A DNA stretch of 64,000 nt from Planctomycetaceae bacterium (GTDB lineage: Bacteria; Planctomycetota; Planctomycetia; Pirellulales; UBA1268): contig JBJTQP010000092.1 of assembly GCA_046075685.1 (NCBI GenBank), positions 861 to 64,860 on the forward strand, written 5' to 3'. Within the stretch, counting starts at the first letter, position 1. The number at the start of each line of letters is the position of its first letter. The notes under the pieces are model-generated. The model did not search any database, was not told where the DNA came from, and saw only the letters and a list, made by a program, of their open reading frames with translations. The translations under genes were made by a program, and so were the position numbers. Below are positions 28,998-38,933 of the stretch, piece after piece.

Positions 28998-29895
28998 GTT
29001 GCTTGAACCGCCGCGAGAAGTAGAACTCGCTCTCGAAGCCGAGCTGGCGGGCGATCGTGCGGCAGGTGTCGTCGCCCTGCTCGAGCATCACGCAGGCCTG
29101 CTCGATGAGCCGTCGTGCACGGTACTGCGCCGGGGTGATGCCTGTGAGCCGCTTGAACTTCTTGCGAAACGCCTGTTCGCCGAGGTCGAAATCGGCGGCC
29201 ACCTACGAGAAATTCGACTCCCGGCCGATCGCAAGCGAGTCGAGGCGGGCCTCGACGGCCTCCAGCCAGCGGGCCGCAGACTTGTCGGCCGAAGGCTGCC
29301 AGTCGATGATCATGCGGGCGATCAGCTCGATCAGTCTGCCCGTGTCGCAAAGCGTGGGCATGCCGTGGGCCCGCGACACGGAGCCCACGAGTTCGTTGAA
29401 CCGCGACAGCCAGTAGCCGACTGGCTGCAGATGCCGGACCGGTACATCGGGATCGAGCAAACCCGGGCCCCGCCAGGCGTCGAATGCGGGGCCGGCGAAC
29501 TCGACGTTGACCTCATCCCAGCGGTCGTCGCCATCCGGACCGTAGGCGTGCGGGATGCCGGGGAACAGGCAGATCACGTCACCGGGCTGCATCGGCTGGC
29601 TGCCGGCTGGCGAATAGTAGGTGCCGGAACCGTGGTGAACGTAGACGAGCGCGTACCAGTCGAGGGTACGGCGAAATCGGGGGTCCTGCTCCAGCCGCGG
29701 TCGCATGCCCCAGCTGTCGGCGATCCGGCTGGAGCGAATCAAACAGCCCGGGCCGGGTGCGAGCGGGGAGTCGAAGAGAAGCCAATACCGGCGGATGCTT
29801 GACCGGCCGCCGACGACAGCCCGTTGCTCCTCCTCGGGCGGGTGGCCGGCGAACGAGCGTCCTCCCCGCGAACCGGCATCATGCGTTGGAACCAT
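28924..29895 (-). pseudogene. AraC/XylS family regulator (cupin sensor + HTH) interrupted by one in-frame TAG at 29203-29205
   Basis: The N-terminal 230 codons (29206-29895) encode a cupin-type domain (YALVYVHHGSGTYY...GDVICLFPGIPHAYG). They are followed in the same frame by TAG and then GTG GCC... encoding AADFDLGEQAFRKKFKRLTGITPAQYRARRLIEQACVMLE...IARQLGFESEFYFSRRFKQLMGRSPREYRR, a double AraC HTH. Confidence 0.7.
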
Positions 29896-30072
29896 GCGAG
29901 GCTTTTTCCCACCCGTGTCGTTACCATCGAAGACAAGATTCTGCCACATCATCGACAGTGAGGCGAAAACGTGGGGACACGTCGGTCTGCAAGGGACATG
30001 GTGTGTCCGGGTCGGATGCGTTCCGCAGATGCCCGGGGGAGCGGCAAGGTGAGACTGTCGGCACCTGTATCC

Positions 30073-31554
30073 ATGTGCCCGCCCGGCCTGATCGCCGCGG
30101 CCGTGCTCCTTCTTGGGGCGATCGAGCCGGCCTCCACCGCCGAGCCCGAGCGGCGGGTGCCGCTCAGCGTGCTGTTCATCGCGGCCGACGACCTGCGGAA
30201 CGACCTCGGCTGCTACGGCAATCCGATCGTCCGCACGCCCCACATCGACTGTCTCGCAGCCCGCGGCACGGTGTTCGAAGCGGCCTACTGCCAGCAGGCG
30301 GTCTGCAATCCGTCGCGGGCGTCACTGCTCACCGGCCGCCGACCCGACACGCTGCGGATCTGGGACCTTCCGACGCACTTCCGCTCCCACCACCCGAGGA
30401 TCGTCACGCTGCCGCAGCACTTCATGCGTCACGGATACCACGCCGAGGATGTCGGGAAGATCTTCCACAACTGGAAGCAGTCGATCGAGGGCGATCCCGA
30501 GTCGTGGAGCGTTCCGGCAGTGATGCACTTCGGGAATCACGGGGCGGATCAGCCCCAGATGGCCGGCCCGCTGCCGCCGGACCTGGTGAAGACGCCACGG
30601 TGCGAGATGCGCGACGTGCCCGACGAGGCCTATCTCGACGGGCGGATAGCGGCCCGGGCTGTCGAGAGTCTCCGCGAGTCGGCACGCCGTGAGTCGCCCT
30701 TTTTTCTGGCCGTCGGTTTCTGGAAGCCGCACGCACCGTTCAACGCTCCGAAGCGGTACTGGGATCTCTACGACCCTGCCACGATCCCGGAGCCGCGGCA
30801 TCCGGAGTGGCCGCGGGGTGCACCGCGGATCGCCTGGCATGACAGCCAGGAGATCCTGCGCGAGGCCGCGAGCGGGCTCACGCGGGAGCAGGCCCGCACC
30901 ATCCGGCACGGCTATCTGGCGGCCGTGAGCTACCTCGACGCCCAGGTGGGCCGCGTACTTGACGAACTCGAGCGGCTGGGGCTGGCCGAGCGGACGATCG
31001 TGGTGCTCTGGTCCGATCACGGCTACCACCTCGGCGAGCAGTCGCTCTGGGCGAAAACCTCGAACTTCGAACTCGACGCCCGCGTTCCGCTGGTGATCGC
31101 AGCCCCCACGGTGGCCGCTGCGGGCCAGCGGGTGGCGACGCCTGTGGAACTGCTTGATCTCTACCCGACGCTCGTGGACCTGGCCGGCCTGCCGGTGCCG
31201 CCGGGTCTCGAGGGGCGGAGCCTCGTGCCGCTGCTCCTCGACCCTGATGCGCCCTTCAAGCCGGCGGCGCTCTCGCAGCATCCGCGGCCGTCGTACATCG
31301 ACCGGGCACCCGGAGGCGTGCCGACCGCGATGGGCTACTCGGTTCGCAGCTGCACGCACCGTTACACCGAGTGGCGCGACTGGAAGACCGGTGAGACGAC
31401 GGCCCGCGAGCTCTACGACCACGTCGCCGATCCGGACGAGAGCGTGAACCGGGCCGCCGATCCGGAGCAGCGGGACGTCGTCACCCGGCACGCTTCGCTC
31501 CTCGAGGCCTTTCAGCCTCTCGTGAAGCCCGGCTGGACGCCCGCGATGCCATGA
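30073..31554 (+). CDS. Sulfatase (S1 family, iduronate-2-sulfatase-like), secreted
   Basis: The ATG at 30073 gives signal peptide MCPPGLIAAAVLLLGAIEPASTA. LFIAADDLRNDLGCYGN...AVCNPSRASLLTG (CxPxR), SDHGYHLGE and WAKTSNFE are present. The ORF is open from 29971. Confidence 0.88.
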   Translation: MCPPGLIAAAVLLLGAIEPASTAEPERRVPLSVLFIAADDLRNDLGCYGNPIVRTPHIDCLAARGTVFEAAYCQQAVCNPSRASLLTGRRPDTLRIWDLPTHFRSHHPRIVTLPQHFMRHGYHAEDVGKIFHNWKQSIEGDPESWSVPAVMHFGNHGADQPQMAGPLPPDLVKTPRCEMRDVPDEAYLDGRIAARAVESLRESARRESPFFLAVGFWKPHAPFNAPKRYWDLYDPATIPEPRHPEWPRGAPRIAWHDSQEILREAASGLTREQARTIRHGYLAAVSYLDAQVGRVLDELERLGLAERTIVVLWSDHGYHLGEQSLWAKTSNFELDARVPLVIAAPTVAAAGQRVATPVELLDLYPTLVDLAGLPVPPGLEGRSLVPLLLDPDAPFKPAALSQHPRPSYIDRAPGGVPTAMGYSVRSCTHRYTEWRDWKTGETTARELYDHVADPDESVNRAADPEQRDVVTRHASLLEAFQPLVKPGWTPAMP

Positions 31555-31664
31555 AGAAACGTGGGTACCAGGTGCCGCGGGCGTGTATCACGGTGGTCGC
31601 CTGCCTCGACGTCGCCGTTCGCCTGTATAACGCTGCCGCCGCGCCCCCGACTCCCGTCACGCCC

Positions 31665-32984
31665 ATGCCTGAGCCGCGCCAGCTCACTTCCGCCCCGCAC
31701 GGTCACGTGCTCACCAACTGCGGCGTGTGGACGCCCGACTCCCGTTGGATCGTCTACGACGTCCGCTCGGCGGCGGATGGCTCCATGTTCGACGGCACGC
31801 GGATCGAACGGGTCGAGGTGGCGACGGGCCGGGTCGAGGTGCTCTACGAGTCGCGCGAGAACGCCTGCTGCGGCGTCGTCACGGCGAGCCCGGTGGACGA
31901 TCGCGTGGCCTTCATCCTCGGTCCCGAGCGGCCCACCGCCGATTGGTCGTACGGGGCGGCCCGGCGGCAGGGCGTCGTTGTCCGCGCGTCGCGGCCGGGC
32001 GTCGCGGAGCCCCTGGACGCCCGGGACCTCGTGCCGCCGTTCACGCCCGGGGCCCTGCGTGGCGGCACGCACGTGCATGTGTTCTCGCCCGACGCAGCGG
32101 CCGTGAGCTTCACCTACGAGGATGCCGTGCTCGAGGCGGCCGCGGCCGCCGGCACCGCCGCGGAGAAGAGCCTGCGGGGCGTGGGCGTGAGTGTCTGCGG
32201 TCGGCCGGTCAGCGTACCGGCGCGGCATCCCCGCAACCACGACGGCTCCGCGTTCACCGTGCTTGTGACGCGGCTCGCCGACGCGCCGCGGCCCGGCAGC
32301 GACGAGATCTCGCGGGCCTTCGAGGAGGCATGGATCGGCACCTCGGGCTACGTGCGGGCCGACGGCCGGCGGCAGCGGCGGGCGCTGGCGTTCCAGGGGC
32401 AGGTGGTGTCGGCCGCGGGTGACCCGGTCAGCGAGGTGTTCGTCATCGACCTTCCCGACGACCTCGGTGATCTCACCGTGGCGGCAGCCGCCACGCTTGC
32501 GGGCACGGCGACGACACGACCTGCGCCGCCCGGGGGGGTCGATCAGCGGCGGCTGACCTTCACGACGGAGCGTCGCCATCCCGGTCTTCAGGGCCCGCGG
32601 CACTGGCTGCGGTCGAGCCCCGACGGCGCCCGGATCGCGTTCCTGATGAAGGACGACGCCGGCATCGTGCAGCTGTTCACGGTCGCACCCACCGGCGGTG
32701 TCCCGGTCCAGATGACGCATGATCCGCATGGCGTCGCAAGCGCCTTTACATGGAGCCCCGAAGGTCGCCGGATCGCCTGTGTGATCGATGGCAGTATCTG
32801 CCTCGTCGATGCCGCCGGCGGCGTGGTGACCCGCCTGACGGAACCGCGTCGCGACGCTCCCGGACCCCGGCCCGAAGCCTGTGTCTTCTCCCCGGACGGC
32901 CGCCGGATCGCCTGGGCGATGCCCGTCGCCATGGCCGACGGTCAGCGCTGGAACCAGGTGTTTACAGTCGACGTGACGGACTGA
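31665..32984 (+). CDS. DUF3748 (E. coli YidR-like) beta-propeller protein
   Basis: MPEPRQLTSAPHGHVLTNCGVWTPDSRWIVYDVRS...RIERVEVATGRVEVLYES...LRGGTHVHVFSPD...PGSDEISRAFEEAWIG...RRLTFT...GPRHWLRSSPDGARIAFLMKDDAGIVQLF closely tracks the YidR sequence as I remember it. An alternative ATG at 31551 overlaps the sulfatase stop. Confidence 0.8.
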   Translation: MPEPRQLTSAPHGHVLTNCGVWTPDSRWIVYDVRSAADGSMFDGTRIERVEVATGRVEVLYESRENACCGVVTASPVDDRVAFILGPERPTADWSYGAARRQGVVVRASRPGVAEPLDARDLVPPFTPGALRGGTHVHVFSPDAAAVSFTYEDAVLEAAAAAGTAAEKSLRGVGVSVCGRPVSVPARHPRNHDGSAFTVLVTRLADAPRPGSDEISRAFEEAWIGTSGYVRADGRRQRRALAFQGQVVSAAGDPVSEVFVIDLPDDLGDLTVAAAATLAGTATTRPAPPGGVDQRRLTFTTERRHPGLQGPRHWLRSSPDGARIAFLMKDDAGIVQLFTVAPTGGVPVQMTHDPHGVASAFTWSPEGRRIACVIDGSICLVDAAGGVVTRLTEPRRDAPGPRPEACVFSPDGRRIAWAMPVAMADGQRWNQVFTVDVTD

Positions 32985-35900
32985 TGCGGCGTCGCAGCCT
33001 GGAGACGAGGCGTCCGCAGAAGGTGGCGACGGTCAGGAGCGCGAGCGTGGCACCGGCGGCGGGCTCGGGCACGGGCGCCGGCGGCGGGGCCTGTCCGCTC
33101 TTGGAGTCAGCGTAGCCGCCCGAATCAAACATGGCGGCGCCGGCGAAGGTGGCGGCGTCGAGGATGTCGACGAGGCCGTCGGCGTTGAAGTCTCCCTGCC
33201 ACCAGGCGGCGTCACGTCCCGCGTCGAACAGGCCGGCTCCGAGGAAACTGGCGGCATCGAGCACGTCGACGAACCCGTCGAGGGTGCAGTCGCCGATCGC
33301 CGCGTATCCCACGGTGAACGATCCGTCGTCACGCGGCACCCAGCCTACGGCCCTCGGCAGGCCGCCGGCGACCTCGGTCGCCACGGTCGTGGAAACGATG
33401 CCCCTGCCGCCGTTCCAGCCACCAGCGTTGAAACCGTCCATGAGCGCGGAACGAAGATCCGACTCGGCCATGCCGCCTGCGGCGATCGTCACCCGCCCCC
33501 TGCCCACATCGAGCAGACCAGACGAGGCGGAAAGCGACAGTCCCTTGAACACGGCTTCGAGCGGAACGTCGGCGGGCAGCGTCACTCGACCGCCGGCGAT
33601 CGTCACGCTGTCGCTCGCGGCCAGAGCCTCCGGGTGGGTGATCCGGAGCGTGCCGCCCGTCAACTGGGCCGGACCCGTGAACGTGTTGGCCGCGTCGAGC
33701 GTCCACGTTCCGGCGCCCGACTTCACGAGGCTCACGGTCGCCACGCCGTCCGAGATCGGGCCGCGGACCACGTTGCCGACGCCGCTTCCGGAGAGTTCGA
33801 GCGTCTTGGGAACCGCGATCCCGGTGGCGGAGACCGCACCGAGCGTGATGGTGGCGGTGGTGGGCTGAAGCCTGGTGATCGCGCTTACGACCCCCGCGCC
33901 GAGGTCGAGCGATGGGATGTCGAGAGCGGCGCCGTCGTCGGACACAGACGAAGCCGCCCGCACCGTCAGCGTTCCGCCGCTCAGCCTTGTGCCGGGAGCC
34001 AGGCGGTGAGTCAGGCCCGGGCCGATGGTTCCCCATGGGCGACCGATGGCGAGCGTGCTCGCGAAGCCGTTGTTGCCACGAACCAGGGGCCCTGGGCCAC
34101 CGCCGGCGGTGGCCAGTTCGACCGTGGTGGCGGTTATTCCATCGAGTACGAGAACCCCTCCTGATACAGGGTCGCCGAGCGCCTCTGGATTGGCCAGCAC
34201 GAGACCGCCTCCGTTGGTGACCGTCACACCCCCCGTGAACGTGTTGGTGGCGGCGAGCACGAGCTGTCGCCCGGCGGCCGTCACGCTTCCGCTGCCGGAC
34301 AGCACTCCGGTGAGCGTCTGAGGCATTGACGCCTGATGCAGAAACCGGCTGCCGGCTGCCAGCGAGATGGTTCCGGCGAACGCGCCTCCGGCGCCCAACG
34401 CCCCGGAACCGGAGATCATGAGGGTTCCCGCGGAGACGGCGACGGTGCCGCCGAACTCGCCAGTGCCGGAGACCACGAGCGTGCCTCCGCCGTCCTTCAG
34501 CACCCGACCATCGCCCGCCAGCCCACCACTCAGCGTGATGGTGTCGGCATGGTCGAACGCCAGAGTGCCGCGGATCACGAACCCGGTGCTCGGCACCACG
34601 ACCCCGCTGCCGCCGCTGCCGAACCGCAGGCACCCTGCGGCCACTGTGGTGCGGCCGGTGTACCCGTTTTGACCGTTGATCACCAGGGTCGCCGTGCCGG
34701 CCTTCGTGAGCCCGCTCGCTCCGCTGGCATGGTTGAAGATGCCATGGCTGAGCACCACGTCGGCCGTCACCGTGTTCACCACGAGTTCACGGGAACTTCC
34801 CACCAGCAGGTCGAGTCGGGACCCGCCTCCCAGCGTCAGCCCCCCCGCTCCCGTGGTCATGATGCCGTTGGCCGTGAGCGTGCTGCCGGCGGCGACGGCC
34901 TGCTGCACGGCCCCGCCGCCGCTGTAGTCGATCGTGTTCACGATCCGATCACCGGCCGCTGCGGCGAACGTGCCGGACGACGCGATGTCGTAGCTGCTCG
35001 TCGCAGTGTCGCCGGCGGCGATGCCGCCGAAGGCCGTCATGCCGTTGACGACGGTTCCGGCCGTGAAGGCCGTAATGGTACCGCCGCTGAGGGTGGCGTA
35101 GCGGGTGCCCGTGCCCGAGCCCGTGAACGCCCAGGCGCCGAGGATCCCGCTGCTCATGGTGGCGGATGTCGTGATCGGTCCGGTGCGGTTGACGAAACGA
35201 ACGACACCCCCCGGTTCGCGGAGCAGCGGCCCGAGGCCCAGCGTTCCCGTGCCGACTGTATTGGACACGGCGGCGTCACCCGCGGTGATCGCGAGGCCGT
35301 CGAACGACTGGGATCCAGCAATCTTCGCGAGGGCGAACGTGCCGCCCACCAGCGTGACGCGGCCCGCCGCGCTCATGCTGCCCGCCAACTGCAAGGTGCC
35401 AAGCTCAACGCGGAGTCCACCCGTGAAGCTGCTGGTGCCCGCGAGCGTCGTCGTGCCATTGCCCCGCTTGGTGATCCCGCCGCTACCGCTGATGGTGCCG
35501 GCATAGGTGACGCCGCCGCCCGGCTCGAACACGAGCATGGCCTGGTTGACGATCGGGCCGGCGAGGCTGCCGGCCGTTCCGCCCGCGCCCAGCCGCAACA
35601 CGCCGCCCGCCACCGTGGTGGTGCCGGTGAACGGGCTGGAGCCCGACAGGGTGAACGTTCCGGAGCCCTCCTTCACGAGGCCACCGCTGCCACTGATCGA
35701 GCCGGCGAACTCGGTGCTGCGGCCGACGGCTCCGATGCGAAGGGTCTGGCCGCCGATGTCGAGGCTGCGTGTGCCGAGGATCCCGGCCAGCGAGACCGCC
35801 TGCCCCGCAGTGCCGAGGGCCAGCGTGCCGTTGTCGCCGGCAGCGAACTCGAGGGTCGTCGTGGCGAGACTGGTGGAGCCTCCGAGCCGGAGCACTCCGG

Positions 35901-38826
35901 CGGCAATCCGCACGGTGCCGTCAAGCGCGTTGGACGAGGCAAGGGTGAGCGTGCCACTGCCGAGTTTCACGAGCGATCCGCCGGCACTGACCAGCGGCGA
36001 GGTGAAGGTGACGCTGCGGCCTGCGGTATCGATGCGAAACTCCTGGCCGGCCTCCTGGGAGAACCGCGGCGAATAGTCGGCCGTGGTGGCGTCCGAATAC
36101 TGCAACCCTCCACCTGCGAAGGTGATTGTTCCTGCTGTGCCGAGCGCCTGCGGTGAACCGGCCTGCAGCAGGCCGCCGGCAAGGCGAACGCCTCCTGCGA
36201 ACACGTTGGTTCCGGCCAGCGTCACCACGTCATTCCCGAGTTTCACCAACGGCGCAGATGCAAGATCGGCCTTCACGATCAGGGTGCCGTCGCCACCCCC
36301 GAACCGGTAGCCCGTCGATCCCGGCAGGAGCGTTCCACCGAGCACCGCCGTACCGCTGCCGGCGACGGTCAGGCCGGGCGCGCTCCGGAGGTCGAGCGGT
36401 GCCTGCAGCGAGCCGGAGATCACGATCGCGCCGGATGATGCGGCATCGATCCTGCCGGAAGCCAGCCAGGCGGGCAGCGGGGTGTCGGCCGGAGCTGCGA
36501 GCGCCGCCCCGGATGCGATCCGGATCGTCACGGTCTCCGGCAGGGATGACGTTCCGCTGAGCCGCAGCATGCCTTGCTCGATGGCCACGGTGCCGGAGAA
36601 CGAATTGCTGCCACCGAGGGTGAGGGTTCCCGAGCCGGTCTTCACGACACCGCCCGCTCCGGTCAGATCGCCGGTGTACGTGGTGGATCGGCCGTTGCCG
36701 CCGACGCGGAGCGTGGCGGCGCCCAGTGTCAGGCCGCGACTACCGGCCAGCCCGCCGAGCGATACCGTACGGGCCGATCCCGTTGCGAACGTGACGCCGC
36801 CGGCGTCGGCGGCCTGCAGATCGAGCGTCGATCCCGCGAGGCTCGCTGTGCCGGTGATACACAGCGTGCCCGCCACGACCCTCGTGTCGCCGCTGAAGGT
36901 GTTGTCGCCGGCCAGCGTCCACACGCCAGAGCCCGTCTTCACGAGGCCGCCGCCGCCCACGTACGACTTGGCCAGCGTGCCGGAGCCCGTGGTCGCGTGG
37001 AGCGTGAGCGCGCCACCTGCCGACGTGATCCGGGCCGCCGCGGCGGATTCCAGCAACGCCACGTTCACGCCTGGCTGCAGGTCCAGCAGGGCGCCGCCAC
37101 CGCCGATCGTGAATCCGCGGGAGGTCGATTCGGACGCGGCCAGCCGCAACGTGCCACCGTCGAGCGTGACCCGGTCGGACGTCGCCGGGAGGTTGCCGAG
37201 GGAACCGGTGGGGAGTTCCGAGAAGCTCGCGGCCAGAAGCGTGCCCGACGAGACCACCACGGCCGACCCCGGCGTTATGGCGGTCGCGTACAATCGACCG
37301 TTCACCGACAGCATGCCACCGGAGACCATCGTCGGTCCCGCGTAGCCGCCGGCCGTCGTTGAGACCACGAGCAGGCCGCCGCCCGTCTTGGCGAGCGAGC
37401 CCGAGCCGGAGCCGGTGACAAGGGGGCCCGTGAGCGTCGTCGTGCCGGCCACCGCGAACGTCGCCGTGCCCGACAGTGTGGTGGTGCCGGTGATGCGGAG
37501 GCCCCCCGGAGCTTCGAGCGTGCCCCCGGCCAACTCGAGCGGATCATCGAGCGTGAAGATGCCCGCCACCGGCTCGATGGCCAAGGTGCCGGCGGGACCG
37601 ACCCGCATGCCGCCCGCGCCGGTCACCAGCGCACCCCCGGCGAGGCGGAGCGTGCCTCCGGCGACGTCGATGATCCCGTCGTTGGTGATGCGAGTGCCGT
37701 CGAAGGAGATCCGGTTGGTGCCCGTCTTGCGGAGCACGGCGTCCGGCTCGACCCGCACCCACGTGCCTGCACCTGAAAGCCCCCAGTTCATGCCGCCGGT
37801 GAGGCTGCTGGTGTTGGCGAGCGCTGCGACATACTTCACGATGCCGGTTGCGGTACCGGTCATCGTCAGCGTGCCGCCGGTCAGATAGGCGACGTATTCG
37901 CCGAGATCCTGTCCGCCCACGTTCGCGGTGCTGCCGCTGGTCACCGCTCCCACGTACCGGTAGGCCATTGGCGTCGGCAGGGGGGGAGATCCCGCGTACA
38001 GCGGCGAATCGCTGAACCAGTTGTACCAGGCGTAGGCGGGCACGTAGCTCCGGGAGTCCAGCCTCGGGACCACGTTGTCGAGGAACAACTTGTTGGCATC
38101 GATGACCTGCTGGTCCGTGTAGGCGCCGCCCCAGTCATGGATCGCGAACTCCGTGGGCATCACCCCCCTGCCGTACGTGGTGCGGAAGTAATCGACGCTG
38201 CCAATGAACCAGTTCGCCGCCTCGGTCGGATTGGAGGGGCTCGACGAACCGTACCAGTGGAAGGCGATTGCATCGACGCGGAGGTTGGGGTTGTACCCGG
38301 CACTGGCCACGTTGGTGCGGCGATCCTCGAGCTGCGTCATGAAGTCGGCCAGCCAGGCGCGCCCCGTCGAGTTGTCGGAGATGGCGGGGCCCGCGAGTTT
38401 GACCGACGTACCCGCGAAGGCGTCGCAGATCCGTGACCAAGAGTCGAGTGCGGTGGTCACACTCATGTTGGCCTGATCGGGGCGATCGGGCTCGTTGAAG
38501 CCCAGCACCCACTCGACCCCGGGCCGGTGTCTCACGCTCGCGATCGTGGCGTCGCTGGGCGAGCTCCAGAACATCGGGTAGTGCTTCGCACCGAAGGCGC
38601 CGGGTGACGCGCTGCCCGTGCCCCAGGTGTAGTACCAGCCTGCACCCACCGCCTGGAGGTTGGTGTAATTGGCGCGGACGTCGCCAAATCCCCGCCTGGG
38701 GTTGATGATCTGGGCCGGGGCGACAGCTGCCGAAGTGGCTGCGGCGAGCACGACGAGCACGCGGGCCACCATGTGATCTGCGACGCGGCGGCGGTTCGTC
38801 GTGGTGGACGCTCCGGGGCTGGTCAT
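32962..38826 (-). CDS. Giant cell-surface protein: signal peptide, glycoside-hydrolase catalytic-core-like domain, ~1500 aa of autotransporter-associated beta-strand (PATR) repeats, dockerin-like motifs, PEP-CTERM anchor
   Basis: The start is ATG 38826 (1954 aa) or ATG 38772. The N-terminus has GFGDVRANYTNLQAVGAGWYYTWG...WVLGFNEPD...AFHWYG (GH_cc-like). Dozens of G-T-L/S-G repeats follow (GTLTLGGSNSFSGTVAIEQGMLRL type). DGFVDVLD and DFNADGLVDILD are present. The C-terminus is PAPVPEPAAGATLALLTVATFCGRLVSRLRRR. Confidence 0.85.
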   Translation of the reverse strand: MTSPGASTTTNRRRVADHMVARVLVVLAAATSAAVAPAQIINPRRGFGDVRANYTNLQAVGAGWYYTWGTGSASPGAFGAKHYPMFWSSPSDATIASVRHRPGVEWVLGFNEPDRPDQANMSVTTALDSWSRICDAFAGTSVKLAGPAISDNSTGRAWLADFMTQLEDRRTNVASAGYNPNLRVDAIAFHWYGSSSPSNPTEAANWFIGSVDYFRTTYGRGVMPTEFAIHDWGGAYTDQQVIDANKLFLDNVVPRLDSRSYVPAYAWYNWFSDSPLYAGSPPLPTPMAYRYVGAVTSGSTANVGGQDLGEYVAYLTGGTLTMTGTATGIVKYVAALANTSSLTGGMNWGLSGAGTWVRVEPDAVLRKTGTNRISFDGTRITNDGIIDVAGGTLRLAGGALVTGAGGMRVGPAGTLAIEPVAGIFTLDDPLELAGGTLEAPGGLRITGTTTLSGTATFAVAGTTTLTGPLVTGSGSGSLAKTGGGLLVVSTTAGGYAGPTMVSGGMLSVNGRLYATAITPGSAVVVSSGTLLAASFSELPTGSLGNLPATSDRVTLDGGTLRLAASESTSRGFTIGGGGALLDLQPGVNVALLESAAAARITSAGGALTLHATTGSGTLAKSYVGGGGLVKTGSGVWTLAGDNTFSGDTRVVAGTLCITGTASLAGSTLDLQAADAGGVTFATGSARTVSLGGLAGSRGLTLGAATLRVGGNGRSTTYTGDLTGAGGVVKTGSGTLTLGGSNSFSGTVAIEQGMLRLSGTSSLPETVTIRIASGAALAAPADTPLPAWLASGRIDAASSGAIVISGSLQAPLDLRSAPGLTVAGSGTAVLGGTLLPGSTGYRFGGGDGTLIVKADLASAPLVKLGNDVVTLAGTNVFAGGVRLAGGLLQAGSPQALGTAGTITFAGGGLQYSDATTADYSPRFSQEAGQEFRIDTAGRSVTFTSPLVSAGGSLVKLGSGTLTLASSNALDGTVRIAAGVLRLGGSTSLATTTLEFAAGDNGTLALGTAGQAVSLAGILGTRSLDIGGQTLRIGAVGRSTEFAGSISGSGGLVKEGSGTFTLSGSSPFTGTTTVAGGVLRLGAGGTAGSLAGPIVNQAMLVFEPGGGVTYAGTISGSGGITKRGNGTTTLAGTSSFTGGLRVELGTLQLAGSMSAAGRVTLVGGTFALAKIAGSQSFDGLAITAGDAAVSNTVGTGTLGLGPLLREPGGVVRFVNRTGPITTSATMSSGILGAWAFTGSGTGTRYATLSGGTITAFTAGTVVNGMTAFGGIAAGDTATSSYDIASSGTFAAAAGDRIVNTIDYSGGGAVQQAVAAGSTLTANGIMTTGAGGLTLGGGSRLDLLVGSSRELVVNTVTADVVLSHGIFNHASGASGLTKAGTATLVINGQNGYTGRTTVAAGCLRFGSGGSGVVVPSTGFVIRGTLAFDHADTITLSGGLAGDGRVLKDGGGTLVVSGTGEFGGTVAVSAGTLMISGSGALGAGGAFAGTISLAAGSRFLHQASMPQTLTGVLSGSGSVTAAGRQLVLAATNTFTGGVTVTNGGGLVLANPEALGDPVSGGVLVLDGITATTVELATAGGGPGPLVRGNNGFASTLAIGRPWGTIGPGLTHRLAPGTRLSGGTLTVRAASSVSDDGAALDIPSLDLGAGVVSAITRLQPTTATITLGAVSATGIAVPKTLELSGSGVGNVVRGPISDGVATVSLVKSGAGTWTLDAANTFTGPAQLTGGTLRITHPEALAASDSVTIAGGRVTLPADVPLEAVFKGLSLSASSGLLDVGRGRVTIAAGGMAESDLRSALMDGFNAGGWNGGRGIVSTTVATEVAGGLPRAVGWVPRDDGSFTVGYAAIGDCTLDGFVDVLDAASFLGAGLFDAGRDAAWWQGDFNADGLVDILDAATFAGAAMFDSGGYADSKSGQAPPPAPVPEPAAGATLALLTVATFCGRLVSRLRRRISPSRRL

Positions 38827-38933
38827 GATGCGGCCGTGCATGGCCGCCGGCGGCGCGAAAAGCGGGTCCGCGTGGTGCCGGCAGCGGGAACCATGAGTTG
38901 TAGCATCCGCTGCACGGCAGATCGGTCGTTTGG

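Noticed and set aside
29203-29205. The in-frame TAG read as pyrrolysine or another recoded amino acid.
   Set aside because: There are no pyl genes or PYLIS-like context in the window, and TAG is used as a normal stop elsewhere. A pseudogene or split gene is the more economical explanation.
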